DNA of 64,000 bases, from sequence record PV261924.1. One strand, 5' to 3'. The position numbers and the translations under genes were made by a program. Below the pieces are notes generated by a model. The model was given only the letters and a program-made list of their open reading frames with translations, was not told where the DNA came from and made no database searches. This document shows positions 53,327-64,000 of the stretch, in pieces. Within the stretch, counting starts at the first letter, position 1. Each line of letters opens with the position of its first letter.

Positions 53327-56300
53327 TTATGCGAATGAAAGTACTCTCAGGTTTCTGATCATTGGTACAGTAGACTGATCTGTCGAAGTACCAATGATCT
53401 TAATTCTAAATGTCTTGAATGGTTTTACTTCATCAATAGTAAACTTGTACTCTTTATATTGATCTTGAGTTGGTTCTGGAACATAAGCATCAACCTTAGG
53501 AACTCTCTTATCGGGAGTACCATTGTTTGATGAAATGTCAAGAATAGCACCGTTAATATCAATATTCTTATAACCAGGGAAAGGAACAAAGATTGTCTCT
53601 TCTACTGGTACATCTTGATTAAGTGCATAGAATACTCTAATATCACTGTAGTTTGATACGTAACCATCAAGTAGAACTTGTAATGATGATGCTGGATTCT
53701 CAAGAGTTACATTCTTAGATACATATGTGAATCTGTTAGGATCATCTTCAGTACCATTAACTCTAAAGTCAGCAACATAATCTGTAACGGGGCGACTGAT
53801 TCTGTTCATTGTATAAACAACAGATGCATTATCCAGGTCAATGACAGGACTGATTCTAGAGTTTCCAGACAGTAAAGTGAATTGCATTTCGAATGACTTA
53901 TTACCAGCAAAGGTATCACCATTCAACAGATTACTTTCGTTTTGTGCCGAAGCAACCATTCTTTGACCATCAAAATAGTTCTTATCAAAGATTGTGACTT
54001 GTTTATATCCCTTGTCGAGATATGACTCCTGATTGCCAGATACACTCGAAGCAGAAATCGTTCTAACTTGTGAGATGAGGTTTGTGCCTTGTGGTGTAAT
54101 AGTGGTAACCTTAGGAGTAATCAAGTTATATGGTAAGTTGTAAGTACCCTTGACCAATGGTCCGCCTGCAAGTTTGTTTTCCTTGAAGTAGAGTGGTGGA
54201 AATCCTGCAGCATTAGCAGGTGCTCTATTCGTACCATTTGCATTCATCTGAACCTTGACATAATAGTAGTCAAGTCCAATAGGTGCTTCATCTAATTCAC
54301 TTGAAACTACATTTGCAAGTAGATGTGAAGTATTGATTCTTCTAAGAGATACACCATTCAACTCATACTTGTAGATAAGTTCACCAGAGGAGTGTGTTGC
54401 GATGGTTGTATTATCAATACCTCTTGTAACACCAGTCAGAGTTCTACCATTTACACCAGTGTAAGAAATAATCTCATCACCAATCTTCACATAACCTGGG
54501 TTGGTACCACCTACACCAAGATTTTCAAAGGTTTCAAAGTCTGTCGCCAAACCTTCGATTGTGATGAAGGTTGTGGTGTCAAAACCATATTCTTGTGAAA
54601 GAGTATTAGGAACAAGATCACTTCTAACGTCAGAGATTGTTACTCTGTTTACGTTAGAGTAGAGACCATGATTTCTCTGGAATACTCTGATGTAGTTACC
54701 CTGTTCAGTAACATTGATAGGCGATACAGGAATAACATTTCCACCAACATCATTAAGTTCAGTTGTAAATCCAACACTATTTTCATAATAAAGTGGGTAT
54801 GCAGAGTTGGTTGTAAAGTTACCCTGTACGTTATCAAGTACAAGTGTGTTATTACCGAGAAGTTCGTTGACAGAAAGTTGAATACCAGAACCTAGATTGA
54901 CACTTCCAACTTGTACAGGTGTCAATACATCACCAACAACATAACCAGTACCACCTGCTCTAACTACTGCTTCAGTTGCAACACCATTTTCAATTGTAAT
55001 ATCAGCGGTGGCGTTCACACCCTTACCAGTAACAGCAGTAAGTGCTACACCAGTGTAGGTGAAAGTTGCTGAAGAAGGTGTGTATCCAACACCAGCATTT
55101 GTAATCGTAAAGTTAGAAGTTACAGATCCTGCGAATGCAACCAGAGTACCTTGTGCTCCATTACCCAACTGTTTGACAGTTCTACCGACAACGAGACCAC
55201 TATCACTTACAGTTGTTCCAAGACCAACTCTGATTTCTCTTGAGTTGACTGTCAAACCATTAGGATCGATCTGTGCAAGATCTGATGGAAGTTCTGGGTT
55301 GTAGAATGAAACAGAACCCTGTGACTTGAAGTTTGCCACATAAAGATTGAACTTAAGATCCTCATACTGAGAAGGTGTCCACACAGAAGCATTCTGAGAC
55401 TTAAAGAGAGAACCAAGAAGTGGTTGCTCGGTAACCAGAATCTGACCTGCTTCTTGTCCCAATGTTGTTACATCAGCCTCACCAAGTCTACTAATCCAAA
55501 CTCTGTATTCTGTAGAATGTGAGAGAAGAACCATTGCGTATTCTTTCTCAGGGTTCAGATAAACTGGAGCATCAAGTGTAATAGTTGTTGCTACAGTACC
55601 ATCATCACTGAGGTTTACATCTTTAGGATCTACACTCTTGAATGAGAAAGGAAGAACTTTGTCGGTTGGGGTACCAAGATTAGTCTCTCTAATTTCGAAG
55701 AGAACAGGAATATTTTCATCCTTAGTTACAAAGAACAAATCAACTTTAGTGATGAATACCCCAGTTGGATCATCAACTAAGAACGTTTGTGCAAGTGGGT
55801 CAATGCGTGGTGGAATGACACGTACAGATGTAGTAGATGTGGATTGTGTATCGGTGTTTGTATCTGTAATTGTAATCGTATTTGATGTTGCTGTATCTCC
55901 GATATTTCTTCTCTGAGTTAGATCAGCTCTTCTTACTGTTGCATTTCTAACAGAGAGAGTTGTTTCTTGAGTCGTATCAACATCACCTTGTGAATAGAAG
56001 ATTGATTCACCAGCAGTTGATACAAGTCCTTCAATTGTACTGTTAGTTCTACTACTGGTGAGTCTGAAACTTGATCTACCAGTTTCAAAGATTGGGTTTG
56101 CGGGATTGTTAGGACTTGGGACAAAGTATGATGCTTGGAGTGTACCCACTCTATCAGTAATAAGTCTTACATTAGAAACCCTAGCCTGTGCACCACTAGA
56201 TGCTCCAGTCAGGATCATTGATCTAGAAATCCATCCACTAAATTGTGGGAAGTCTTGTGACTGAAGACTAAATGTATCAATGTTCAGAATCGTTGATGAT

Positions 56301-59300
56301 GCAGAGTAGATAGCTGGAATTGAAATATCCCTATTGTATGGATTACTATCATATACATCTGTTGGACTATTGAATGGTCCATACTTATGGTTGGTTGTGG
56401 CAACTCTAAAGTCAATCGTAGGGATTGTAGAACCATTGGTGACCTGAGAACCACCATCATCCATTCTACCTCTTACTGTCTCACCAACGACAAATGTTCC
56501 ATGAATCATCTCAATTTCAATGAGTTTTGGTGTCACATAGTTGTTAACATCAACATCATCAAAGAATGAATAGACTCTTGTAAATGGTTTGAATGATGTT
56601 GCAGTTACATCAATATTACGAGATCTCATAAAGTTGATGATCTCTCTTCTTACAACTCTACTACCAAGAGATTCTGTATCAATTCTCTCATTAACAAAGA
56701 ACTGTCTTCCAGTTCTATTCTGTGAAAGATTGACAGACGTTGTTGCTCTTATATTATTGTCTGTAGTTGTTGTATTTGTTCTCTGAGTTGTTGTATTTGT
56801 AGTTCTTACTTGACCCGTTCTTCTTGAACCTTGAGTATTAGTATTGGATGTTTGTCTTGTTGTAGAACTTGTCTGAGTTGATTGATTGTTTGACAATGAG
56901 GTGTTTACATCTACACCAACAGTCTGCCAAGAATTCCAAATAACAGGAGAAACACCTGCTCTTGAACCATCTCTTCTTGTTCTAATATCTGCACCCAGAG
57001 CTTCAGCAACACCTCTGAACGAACCCTCCATCATTACATCATTGACTTCAAGTTCGTTTACATCAATCCAAACGTCAACTTCGGGAGTAAGTTCAATATT
57101 ACCTTGCCAGAACTGAACCAGATATGGAGTTACATTTTCAGCTCTTGTTGCAAATGGTTGTTGTAACCAAGTTTCATCAGTATAATCAAGAGTCAGGATT
57201 CTACCACTCTTCTTGACATTTGCACCAACAACTTCTGCAAAGTTTGAATCTTGATTTGCGTCAGATGTAGTACCAATACCAGTTACTGCAGTTGTTCCCA
57301 GTTGAAGATTGAGTGCAGTAGTGTAGTGAGATGGTCTAAGAACACCTCTCTCAGTGTCAATACTGTTTCTGATACCAATACTTGTATCTTGAGGTTCAAG
57401 AGTTGTGAAGTTATCTACAAAGATACCAGACTTGAATCTGTTGTTTCCATTTGCGTCTTCAACGAAGAGATTGAGTGTATTCGTCTCAAGTTGATTTAAT
57501 GAAGTATAATACTCAAGATTCTTGATTCTCTGTTCAAGTTTAGAGATATCACTCATTTGATATCTCTTATGTTCAATAAACTTAATTTCAGCGTCTGTAG
57601 TGTCGAAAAGATATGCTGGGAGGAATACATTAGCAATATTCATCACACCACTCAGACTATCTGGAAGTCTAGGATCATCGTCTGGTGCACCTTCAAGAAC
57701 ACTAAGAATACCTTCTTTATCGATGAAGACTCTATCTGCTCTTGGTAAGTAATAGTCATATGTCACCGTCAGTGACTCGTCAGAAGCAATGATGTGACTT
57801 GATGATTGGAGATTACCATTCTGACCATCAGCAAAGTTTCTACCATCAAACTCAAATGGTGACCTTACATTTTCAGCAACCACATAATCAGTGAGTCGTG
57901 GTCTTACATCAATAATATCAGATACTCTTACATCTTGGACTCCTCCAATTTCTGTTCCATAATTATACCCAACATAAGAGTTGATAGTTGTAATATCACC
58001 CTCGTCTGCATTATCATAAGAAGATGATGCAAAGTATACACGAAGTTTTCTAGCAGGAATCTGTGCTTCTCCTCTTCTCTCAATTCTAGAGTAATCGTAG
58101 AATGTTCCTCTTTGACCATTGAAGAATTTAAAGTCAGTAGTAACTTCTTTAGAACCCAGTTTTACATTTGATGAGACACCATTAACTGTTGAAGACTCAA
58201 AACTAATTACTTCTGAATTCTGGAATGTTGTGTCATTCAAATATGTGAAGTAAATCGCAGTATCATCAAGTTTCTGGAGATAAATTGCTTTTGCACCACT
58301 GGTTTGACCTGTGAGAATTTCTCCAATAATCAGGTCATTTGTCGTAGCAGTAATACCATCAAGTTGTGATAATGTCATGTTAGGACATACTGGATCAGAA
58401 TTGTCATCTGACTCAAAGATGCCGTAGATCTTATAGACATCAACAGTATTCAGTGAGATTACTTCATCCTGAACTCTTGTACCATAAGGATAGTTACCAG
58501 TTGTTAAACCATCATCTAATGTAGTTGAACCAATACCAGATGCAGCCCTACTAGACTTATTGATAATCAAATCTTGGGACACGTTCTTCAGTTTTGTTTT
58601 TGAAGTAACGTCAGTCTTTCTGATTGTAGTAATCAGTTTGGTATTGGTATCATTAGAACCAAGACCATTGATTTGAAGTGACTTTGAACCATTCGTAAAT
58701 TCAAATCTATCTTCAGTCAGAACTTCAGTAGAACCATCAGATCTAATCAGAGTATATCTCTCCTCATCAAATGGTAAGAATACTTCCTTATCCTCAGTAT
58801 TAATGATAGGAGTAGAATTATTAGTAATGGAAGTTGTATATTGTCTTCTAATTACTAATTCAGACCCAATAAGATTTACTGATGAGATATTGGTCTTAGG
58901 GAAAGCACTGTAAAGAGTGTCATTATTGGCCAAATTACCTGAACCAGGACCACCAACCCCTTTGGTGGAGAGGAGTTCAAAGTTCTGAATAGTCTCTACA
59001 CTGGTTGGAAGAGCACCATTACAAATACCAGAAACAGTAGTTACGGCTTCAACAGTAATATTAGTCTGACCAACACCTGTTACTCTTGCAAAACTTGCTA
59101 CATCTAAAGTTGGTCTAGAATATCTTACAATATTACCAACAGTAACGATGCCAACGAACGAAAAACCAGGATCTGCAGGAATTGAAATCAGTGATGTGCT
59201 ACCAGATTCTGCAGAAATATTTGCTGAACCAAAATTACGAACTCGTGACTGAATAGTATCTCCAGTAAAGGTTGCAGCAGTTCCAACTACACCAAATACT

Positions 59301-60946
59301 GACTTAACATCAGATAATGAGAAATTTTTATCACTTGTAACAAATCTTGCATCATCCAATATCCCATTGAAGAGAAGTCTCTCCCCTTTATGGAATTCAC
59401 CTTCAACATTATAAGCAGTTAGTGCAGTACCTGCTGTTACATTATGCTTAAGATAACCCTTTGCACCACTTGACTCACCCTTGATAAAGGTTGACGTGGT
59501 AAGTGTGATTGGTTCGTTGAGTGTGATGTCAGTATATGTCTGAACATCAAATAATGATAAATCCCATGTATTCAAGTTGGGGAATGCAGTATCATACGAA
59601 CCACCTTCTAAAACAAAGTCATATACTCTTGCAATACCAATTTCTTTACCTGAGGAGGTCAATGAATTAACACCAACTCTCTGATCTCTCAAACTCAGAG
59701 TCAAAGATGTATTAATACCAATTGTTGCAGATCCACTAACTCTGTTTAAGTTGAGAGTTGGTCCAAAACCGAAATTAACTGCTTGATCTTCAATAGTTCT
59801 TGTAGTTCTTGGCTTTCTAAAGTCAATTAAAGTAGGAGCAATGGTTTCTACCTCATATCCCCTTACATAAGCCTTACCAGGAGAGATTTTGTAGATACCA
59901 AGGTCGTCACTAGGAACATTACCAGATTGAGTGACTTGAGTCGAATTATAGATACCTCTATTTCCTTCATTGTTGTTAAGACTATTCTTAACTGAAGTTA
60001 CAAACTCTTTTACGTAATAATCGCCAGATTCATCAAAAGTTCTACGTGCAAATTCGTCACCTAAGAAGTTATAATCAGTATTTTTGTTAATAAGACGTAA
60101 AACACCGTCTTTTACTTCCGATAATTGAACAAAATTCGACTCATCAAAACTATCAAGTGGCTTTTTCGACAAAGTTGTCGAAATTTTCAATCTATCGGCA
60201 CCAGGAGCCGTAAAATTGTTAAATCCTTGGGCATTATCATTAAGTGAAGGGTCAACATCAGAAGAAACGATCTCTTCAACAACATCTAAACCTACTCGAT
60301 AGGATGGGACATTAGAATATTGGTCAAGAATCAGTGTTTGGGCACTAACATTGACAAAATACCCTCTCAGAAAGTAAACACCCTGAGATAAATTGAATGA
60401 TGAACCAATAATTGCTGCATTTTGTGGAATTGTTGTTGCAAAACCTTCACCAGCAGAAATAAAGGTAGATGCATAAGTGATATTCTTACTAGTAAGGAGA
60501 ACTTCACTGTCTAAAAACGTACTTACATCCTCATCAGAGTTTGCAGAATTCTCATAGTTCAAATAAAGGGTATATGTGCCTCTTTCGGACTCTTCGTCTG
60601 TGATATATGTGACAACTTTTGCGGTTACGCCAGATGTTGCACCAGTAATTGTGGTACCAACAATTTGATCGAGATAAATGCCAACAGGAACACCCAAGAA
60701 TTCGGGCTCAATCTGTACACCATAAAAATTCTGAATATATGTCAGATCACCAGGAATTACTTTTGCACCTTCTTTGAAGAAGTGGTTACCCATCTCTTCA
60801 ACTTGGTTTTGCAGAATAGACTGCAGACCAGTCAGTTCTCTTGCTTGAACAGGAAAACCAGGTTTGAATAGAACCTTATAATAATTCGACTGGGGATCAA
60901 AGTCGTCAAAATATGGGGCGACATTGAGATTAGTTTCCTGTGGCAT
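53327..60946 (-). CDS. Giant virion structural protein (DUF4815 / VrlC-like), 2539 aa
   Basis: PYFDDFD...VLFKPGFPVQARELTGLQS.LQNQ N-terminus; DPLAQTF; located between gp8 and gp13. Confidence 0.85.
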   Translation of the reverse strand: MPQETNLNVAPYFDDFDPQSNYYKVLFKPGFPVQARELTGLQSILQNQVEEMGNHFFKEGAKVIPGDLTYIQNFYGVQIEPEFLGVPVGIYLDQIVGTTITGATSGVTAKVVTYITDEESERGTYTLYLNYENSANSDEDVSTFLDSEVLLTSKNITYASTFISAGEGFATTIPQNAAIIGSSFNLSQGVYFLRGYFVNVSAQTLILDQYSNVPSYRVGLDVVEEIVSSDVDPSLNDNAQGFNNFTAPGADRLKISTTLSKKPLDSFDESNFVQLSEVKDGVLRLINKNTDYNFLGDEFARRTFDESGDYYVKEFVTSVKNSLNNNEGNRGIYNSTQVTQSGNVPSDDLGIYKISPGKAYVRGYEVETIAPTLIDFRKPRTTRTIEDQAVNFGFGPTLNLNRVSGSATIGINTSLTLSLRDQRVGVNSLTSSGKEIGIARVYDFVLEGGSYDTAFPNLNTWDLSLFDVQTYTDITLNEPITLTTSTFIKGESSGAKGYLKHNVTAGTALTAYNVEGEFHKGERLLFNGILDDARFVTSDKNFSLSDVKSVFGVVGTAATFTGDTIQSRVRNFGSANISAESGSTSLISIPADPGFSFVGIVTVGNIVRYSRPTLDVASFARVTGVGQTNITVEAVTTVSGICNGALPTSVETIQNFELLSTKGVGGPGSGNLANNDTLYSAFPKTNISSVNLIGSELVIRRQYTTSITNNSTPIINTEDKEVFLPFDEERYTLIRSDGSTEVLTEDRFEFTNGSKSLQINGLGSNDTNTKLITTIRKTDVTSKTKLKNVSQDLIINKSSRAASGIGSTTLDDGLTTGNYPYGTRVQDEVISLNTVDVYKIYGIFESDDNSDPVCPNMTLSQLDGITATTNDLIIGEILTGQTSGAKAIYLQKLDDTAIYFTYLNDTTFQNSEVISFESSTVNGVSSNVKLGSKEVTTDFKFFNGQRGTFYDYSRIERRGEAQIPARKLRVYFASSSYDNADEGDITTINSYVGYNYGTEIGGVQDVRVSDIIDVRPRLTDYVVAENVRSPFEFDGRNFADGQNGNLQSSSHIIASDESLTVTYDYYLPRADRVFIDKEGILSVLEGAPDDDPRLPDSLSGVMNIANVFLPAYLFDTTDAEIKFIEHKRYQMSDISKLEQRIKNLEYYTSLNQLETNTLNLFVEDANGNNRFKSGIFVDNFTTLEPQDTSIGIRNSIDTERGVLRPSHYTTALNLQLGTTAVTGIGTTSDANQDSNFAEVVGANVKKSGRILTLDYTDETWLQQPFATRAENVTPYLVQFWQGNIELTPEVDVWIDVNELEVNDVMMEGSFRGVAEALGADIRTRRDGSRAGVSPVIWNSWQTVGVDVNTSLSNNQSTQTSSTTRQTSNTNTQGSRRTGQVRTTNTTTQRTNTTTTDNNIRATTSVNLSQNRTGRQFFVNERIDTESLGSRVVRREIINFMRSRNIDVTATSFKPFTRVYSFFDDVDVNNYVTPKLIEIEMIHGTFVVGETVRGRMDDGGSQVTNGSTIPTIDFRVATTNHKYGPFNSPTDVYDSNPYNRDISIPAIYSASSTILNIDTFSLQSQDFPQFSGWISRSMILTGASSGAQARVSNVRLITDRVGTLQASYFVPSPNNPANPIFETGRSSFRLTSSRTNSTIEGLVSTAGESIFYSQGDVDTTQETTLSVRNATVRRADLTQRRNIGDTATSNTITITDTNTDTQSTSTTSVRVIPPRIDPLAQTFLVDDPTGVFITKVDLFFVTKDENIPVLFEIRETNLGTPTDKVLPFSFKSVDPKDVNLSDDGTVATTITLDAPVYLNPEKEYAMVLLSHSTEYRVWISRLGEADVTTLGQEAGQILVTEQPLLGSLFKSQNASVWTPSQYEDLKFNLYVANFKSQGSVSFYNPELPSDLAQIDPNGLTVNSREIRVGLGTTVSDSGLVVGRTVKQLGNGAQGTLVAFAGSVTSNFTITNAGVGYTPSSATFTYTGVALTAVTGKGVNATADITIENGVATEAVVRAGGTGYVVGDVLTPVQVGSVNLGSGIQLSVNELLGNNTLVLDNVQGNFTTNSAYPLYYENSVGFTTELNDVGGNVIPVSPINVTEQGNYIRVFQRNHGLYSNVNRVTISDVRSDLVPNTLSQEYGFDTTTFITIEGLATDFETFENLGVGGTNPGYVKIGDEIISYTGVNGRTLTGVTRGIDNTTIATHSSGELIYKYELNGVSLRRINTSHLLANVVSSELDEAPIGLDYYYVKVQMNANGTNRAPANAAGFPPLYFKENKLAGGPLVKGTYNLPYNLITPKVTTITPQGTNLISQVRTISASSVSGNQESYLDKGYKQVTIFDKNYFDGQRMVASAQNESNLLNGDTFAGNKSFEMQFTLLSGNSRISPVIDLDNASVVYTMNRISRPVTDYVADFRVNGTEDDPNRFTYVSKNVTLENPASSLQVLLDGYVSNYSDIRVFYALNQDVPVEETIFVPFPGYKNIDINGAILDISSNNGTPDKRVPKVDAYVPEPTQDQYKEYKFTIDEVKPFKTFRIKIIGTSTDQSTVPMIRNLRVLSFA

Positions 60947-60951
60947 ATCTC

Positions 60952-62511
60952 TTAGAATTGCAAGATAACTTTAACGTCTTCTTTCTGTGAAGATGATCTG
61001 GTGACTGATGGCCTATTATCAACATAAATGATGTCACCAGAGTACTTTTGAGACTCTGGATTTGAAATTCCACTATTGAATTCCTGACCCAGATAGTAGG
61101 TACGACTATTTATTGTCGTAGATACACCTGAAAAGTTTTGGTCAATATTGAGTGTGTTACCTGAAGTTGGTGAGATTTGGATACTACCACCTGTTGTAGG
61201 TGATGATGTAAACTTCAATTGTTCAAAACCATATACAGGAACAACGTTCTGAGTGCCATCAGTATTGAATCCTGCAGTCCTTCTGTCCTGCCAATACTTC
61301 AAAATACCAGTCTGTTGGTCATAAGAAACAACTCTACCGATGGCTGTTGAACCTAAACCAACGGTTTGTGTAACAAAACTGTCTGCGGTAAAGACTGCTT
61401 CACTGTAACCAGTACCAACAAGCTTCAATGCATAGAGTGCACTGGCTTTATCTTTGGTCAAATTGGTTGTTGAGTTGTAATTTGTTGGATTTTTGACGAT
61501 TCCAACCTGTGCAAACTGGTTTCCAGTGATAAAATCGGGATTTTGGGTGTCATTTTCAAATCTAGCATAAGAAAGTACGTTATAAGCACCCAATTCACGA
61601 TAAATATCGGCACCATGACCACCTGGAGGAGGAATAATTACGTTAAAAACGGGTGCGACACTGCCATTTGGGACACCACCATTCTCTAAATCGAGAGTTC
61701 CGAAGGAATATCCACTTCCTCCTCTTGAAATTGTCACAGATTCGACTTTTGAGTCGTTATTGATGACAACTGTAGCCTCTGCACCACGTCCATCGCCTAA
61801 AATTGGCACTCTTGTGTAGGTAACATTGGCAGTTCCGATGCCAACTCCACGATTTCTGATGGTAACAACCTTTAATTGACCACTTGTGCCTGCATTTTCT
61901 CTTACAGCAGAGTAAGAACTGTTGGTTTCCCAGTCAGTTGGGACTGCAATATAGTTTGTTGAGTCAAATTTGATGATTTGATTCGGCTTAATCGTATAAA
62001 GATACTTCCAAATATAACCATCACCACTGCTTCCAGCCTCTCTTGGCTCCAAATCTGTGAAATTTGGCTCGTCAAGAGAAGGACCACCTCTAAAACTATT
62101 CTCTGGATTAGCGTTATTGAACAGACAGATATAAACTTTATACTCACTATTCATTACATAATAGTTGGAGTCGTAAATGTCATACGATCCAGATGGTTGA
62201 GATGGGTTATCTCTATCAATATCATTCCTCCACATGTCATATGTGGTACCAGATTGCCAGGTAATTTTCCTTATAACCTGGCTTACATCACCCGAATTAA
62301 TCTTTTTAAGGGCCAACATGGTGTCCCAGTAATAGTTGGAGTCATCCAAACTATCTTTTGGGGCAGGTGGATTCGAGTTCCAATCACTCTGAAACTCAGG
62401 AGCATCTGGTAGACCAATCCACGCATAGTAAGAATTAGAAGAATCTTGTACAGAATCGACAAAATTCTTCGCATTCAAGATACGCAGTTGATCAGTAATT
62501 ATCGCAGCCAT
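60952..62511 (-). CDS. 8: Baseplate wedge protein gp8
   Basis: YYVMNSEYKVYICL, DGYIWKYLYTI, YVDNR...RS..QKED.K.ILQF. Confidence 0.88.
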   Translation of the reverse strand: MAAIITDQLRILNAKNFVDSVQDSSNSYYAWIGLPDAPEFQSDWNSNPPAPKDSLDDSNYYWDTMLALKKINSGDVSQVIRKITWQSGTTYDMWRNDIDRDNPSQPSGSYDIYDSNYYVMNSEYKVYICLFNNANPENSFRGGPSLDEPNFTDLEPREAGSSGDGYIWKYLYTIKPNQIIKFDSTNYIAVPTDWETNSSYSAVRENAGTSGQLKVVTIRNRGVGIGTANVTYTRVPILGDGRGAEATVVINNDSKVESVTISRGGSGYSFGTLDLENGGVPNGSVAPVFNVIIPPPGGHGADIYRELGAYNVLSYARFENDTQNPDFITGNQFAQVGIVKNPTNYNSTTNLTKDKASALYALKLVGTGYSEAVFTADSFVTQTVGLGSTAIGRVVSYDQQTGILKYWQDRRTAGFNTDGTQNVVPVYGFEQLKFTSSPTTGGSIQISPTSGNTLNIDQNFSGVSTTINSRTYYLGQEFNSGISNPESQKYSGDIIYVDNRPSVTRSSSQKEDVKVILQF

Positions 62512-62536
62512 GTTTAGAGGACTTTTTTCTTATTTA

Positions 62537-63868
62537 TTATGATAATGTGAGACTTGTGGAACCGATACCAGCAACTGTAAATGTTAGAGTAGTTCCAGAG
62601 AACGTAATCTGAACACCTTGAGTAGATGCCGCACTTACAAATCCACCAATTGCAGTAACAATACCAGTGTTATACTGATTAGTTGCCGTAACAACACCTA
62701 ATGTCGATACACCAGTAACTACTAATGAATCTGCATTTATATTTGCAGTGTTTGCAACACCAGTGTAACTAATTGTCGAAATACCAGAATTTGTGGTAAC
62801 ACTTATATTGGATCCAGCAGAGATAAGTGTAGTAATTCCTGTTACATTAGAAGCATCAGCACCAGTCAGAGTGGTGACTACACCAGTCATTCCTGAACCA
62901 TCAGCACCAGTCAGAGTGGTTACAACACCAGTCATTCCTGAACCATCAGCACCAGTCAGAGTGGTTACAACACCAGTCAGGTTCGATCCATCACCATAAT
63001 ATGTTGCACCAGTTACGATTCCAAGAGTAGAAATACCAGATACTTTGAAATAACCTAATACATCAGCACCACCATGTTTTGTTTCAAATCTCTTATTGTT
63101 GTTATAATACAGCTCAACACCATAGTTTCCGTCAACGTTAGTTGACATTACTTGTGTTGTTCCAGCACCACTAGTAAAGTTTTGGGTATCTGCCTTAATA
63201 TTTAAAGCACCTGTATTAGCTCTAATGACATTCCCATCAGAGTCATTATGGAAGATAGTAAATTCTGATTGTTCTCCTAAGATAAATTGTTTGTCATCAG
63301 TCATCAATAAAGATGAACCAAGACTTACAGTACCCGTAAGTGTGGATACTCCTGAAACATTAATACTTCCTGCAGAATGACCTGCACCAACAAACATTGA
63401 TCCGAAAGTACCAACACCCGTGATATTAATATTTCTACCTGTTACTTCATCATAGACAATATCATCAGACACATAAAGATCACCACCAACATACAAATCA
63501 CCACCAGTGGTAGTAATACCGCCTTGACTTGCAAGTGTTGTGATACCAGAAGTAAGAAGTGTAGTTACGGTAGTTACACCTAACGTTGTAATACCAGCTA
63601 CCTTTAGATTTCTAGAGATATCTACATCCGTCGTCGCAATGGAGACTGGAGTAGGTGCAGAAATTTCAACGTATCCTGTTGTTGTATTTACAGCAACATT
63701 TGTTCCTGCAGTGATGGTGGTTACAACACCTGTAGCAAGTGATGAACCGTCACCAATGAGATTATAGATCTCACTAAAGTTACTGTTGATTTTAATACCA
63801 CCAGAAACTAGTGAATCACCTGTCCCATCATTAGGAGCTGAGCCAGTGTTAATACCTTGGTATGCCAT
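62537..63868 (-). CDS. Baseplate/fibre protein with a gp9/gp10-like N-terminal motif
   Basis: INTGSAPNDGTGDSL..GG.KIN.NF.EIY; GITT-rich fibre body. Confidence 0.75.
   Translation of the reverse strand: MAYQGINTGSAPNDGTGDSLVSGGIKINSNFSEIYNLIGDGSSLATGVVTTITAGTNVAVNTTTGYVEISAPTPVSIATTDVDISRNLKVAGITTLGVTTVTTLLTSGITTLASQGGITTTGGDLYVGGDLYVSDDIVYDEVTGRNINITGVGTFGSMFVGAGHSAGSINVSGVSTLTGTVSLGSSLLMTDDKQFILGEQSEFTIFHNDSDGNVIRANTGALNIKADTQNFTSGAGTTQVMSTNVDGNYGVELYYNNNKRFETKHGGADVLGYFKVSGISTLGIVTGATYYGDGSNLTGVVTTLTGADGSGMTGVVTTLTGADGSGMTGVVTTLTGADASNVTGITTLISAGSNISVTTNSGISTISYTGVANTANINADSLVVTGVSTLGVVTATNQYNTGIVTAIGGFVSAASTQGVQITFSGTTLTFTVAGIGSTSLTLS
62854..62988. repeat. Three tandem 45-nt in-frame repeats
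   Basis: CATCAGCACCAGTCAGAGTGG units start at 62854, 62899 and 62944; they encode GVVTTLTGAD(GSGMT). Confidence 0.9.
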
Positions 63869-63902
63869 CTACTGTAGGATCCTTTTCTATGTTTTATTTA
63901 TT

Positions 63903-64000
63903 TTAAGTTTGATAGTTATTAAACTTCAAAGGTCTGAATCTCTGAACCAATGGTGAGCTAGTAATACCTGTGTATGAATTAGGTGTAAACTCAAGTGCAT
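63903..64000 (-). CDS. C-terminal end of the upstream baseplate protein (gp7-like by position); truncated
   Basis: Hand translation ...ALEFTPNSYTGITSSPLVQRFRPLKFNNYQT*. Confidence 0.55.
   Translation of the reverse strand, partial: ALEFTPNSYTGITSSPLVQRFRPLKFNNYQT

Noticed and set aside
62854-62988. CRISPR-like array
   Set aside because: The units are contiguous in-frame coding repeats with no unique spacers and no cas genes.

Overview
This is a 64-kb segment of a T4-like marine cyanomyovirus (Kyanoviridae-like) genome. Every credible gene lies on the minus strand. Reading from high to low coordinates, it holds: baseplate and neck genes (gp7-like end, gp9/10-like, gp8, DUF4815, gp13-16); a fibre-rich insertion between gp16 and gp17; gp17-gp23; gp3, uvsY, a homing endonuclease and uvsW; gp55, gp47 and gp46; a vWA/MoxR pair; gp45, speD, a DenV-like gene, a 2OG oxygenase, gp44, gp62 and regA; hsp20; gp43, uvsX and gp41; mazG; and a CmoA-like gene next to a C5 DNA methyltransferase. 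The strongest signal is that last pair. The methyltransferase has Arg in place of the motif X Asn (GRMVPP instead of GNAVPP), which points to DNA 5-carboxymethylcytosine synthesis from carboxy-SAM. Other highlights: four adjacent genes ending in DGGxF, four dispersed small proteins with a shared Sm-like pattern, an apparent absence of CCGG, a shared AACTG(T/G)C promoter box, a back-to-back promoter at gp55, and two candidate late sRNAs plus two unannotated membrane peptides around hsp20. No tRNA, rRNA or CRISPR array was seen. All calls are from motif recognition and manual reading; no searches were run.
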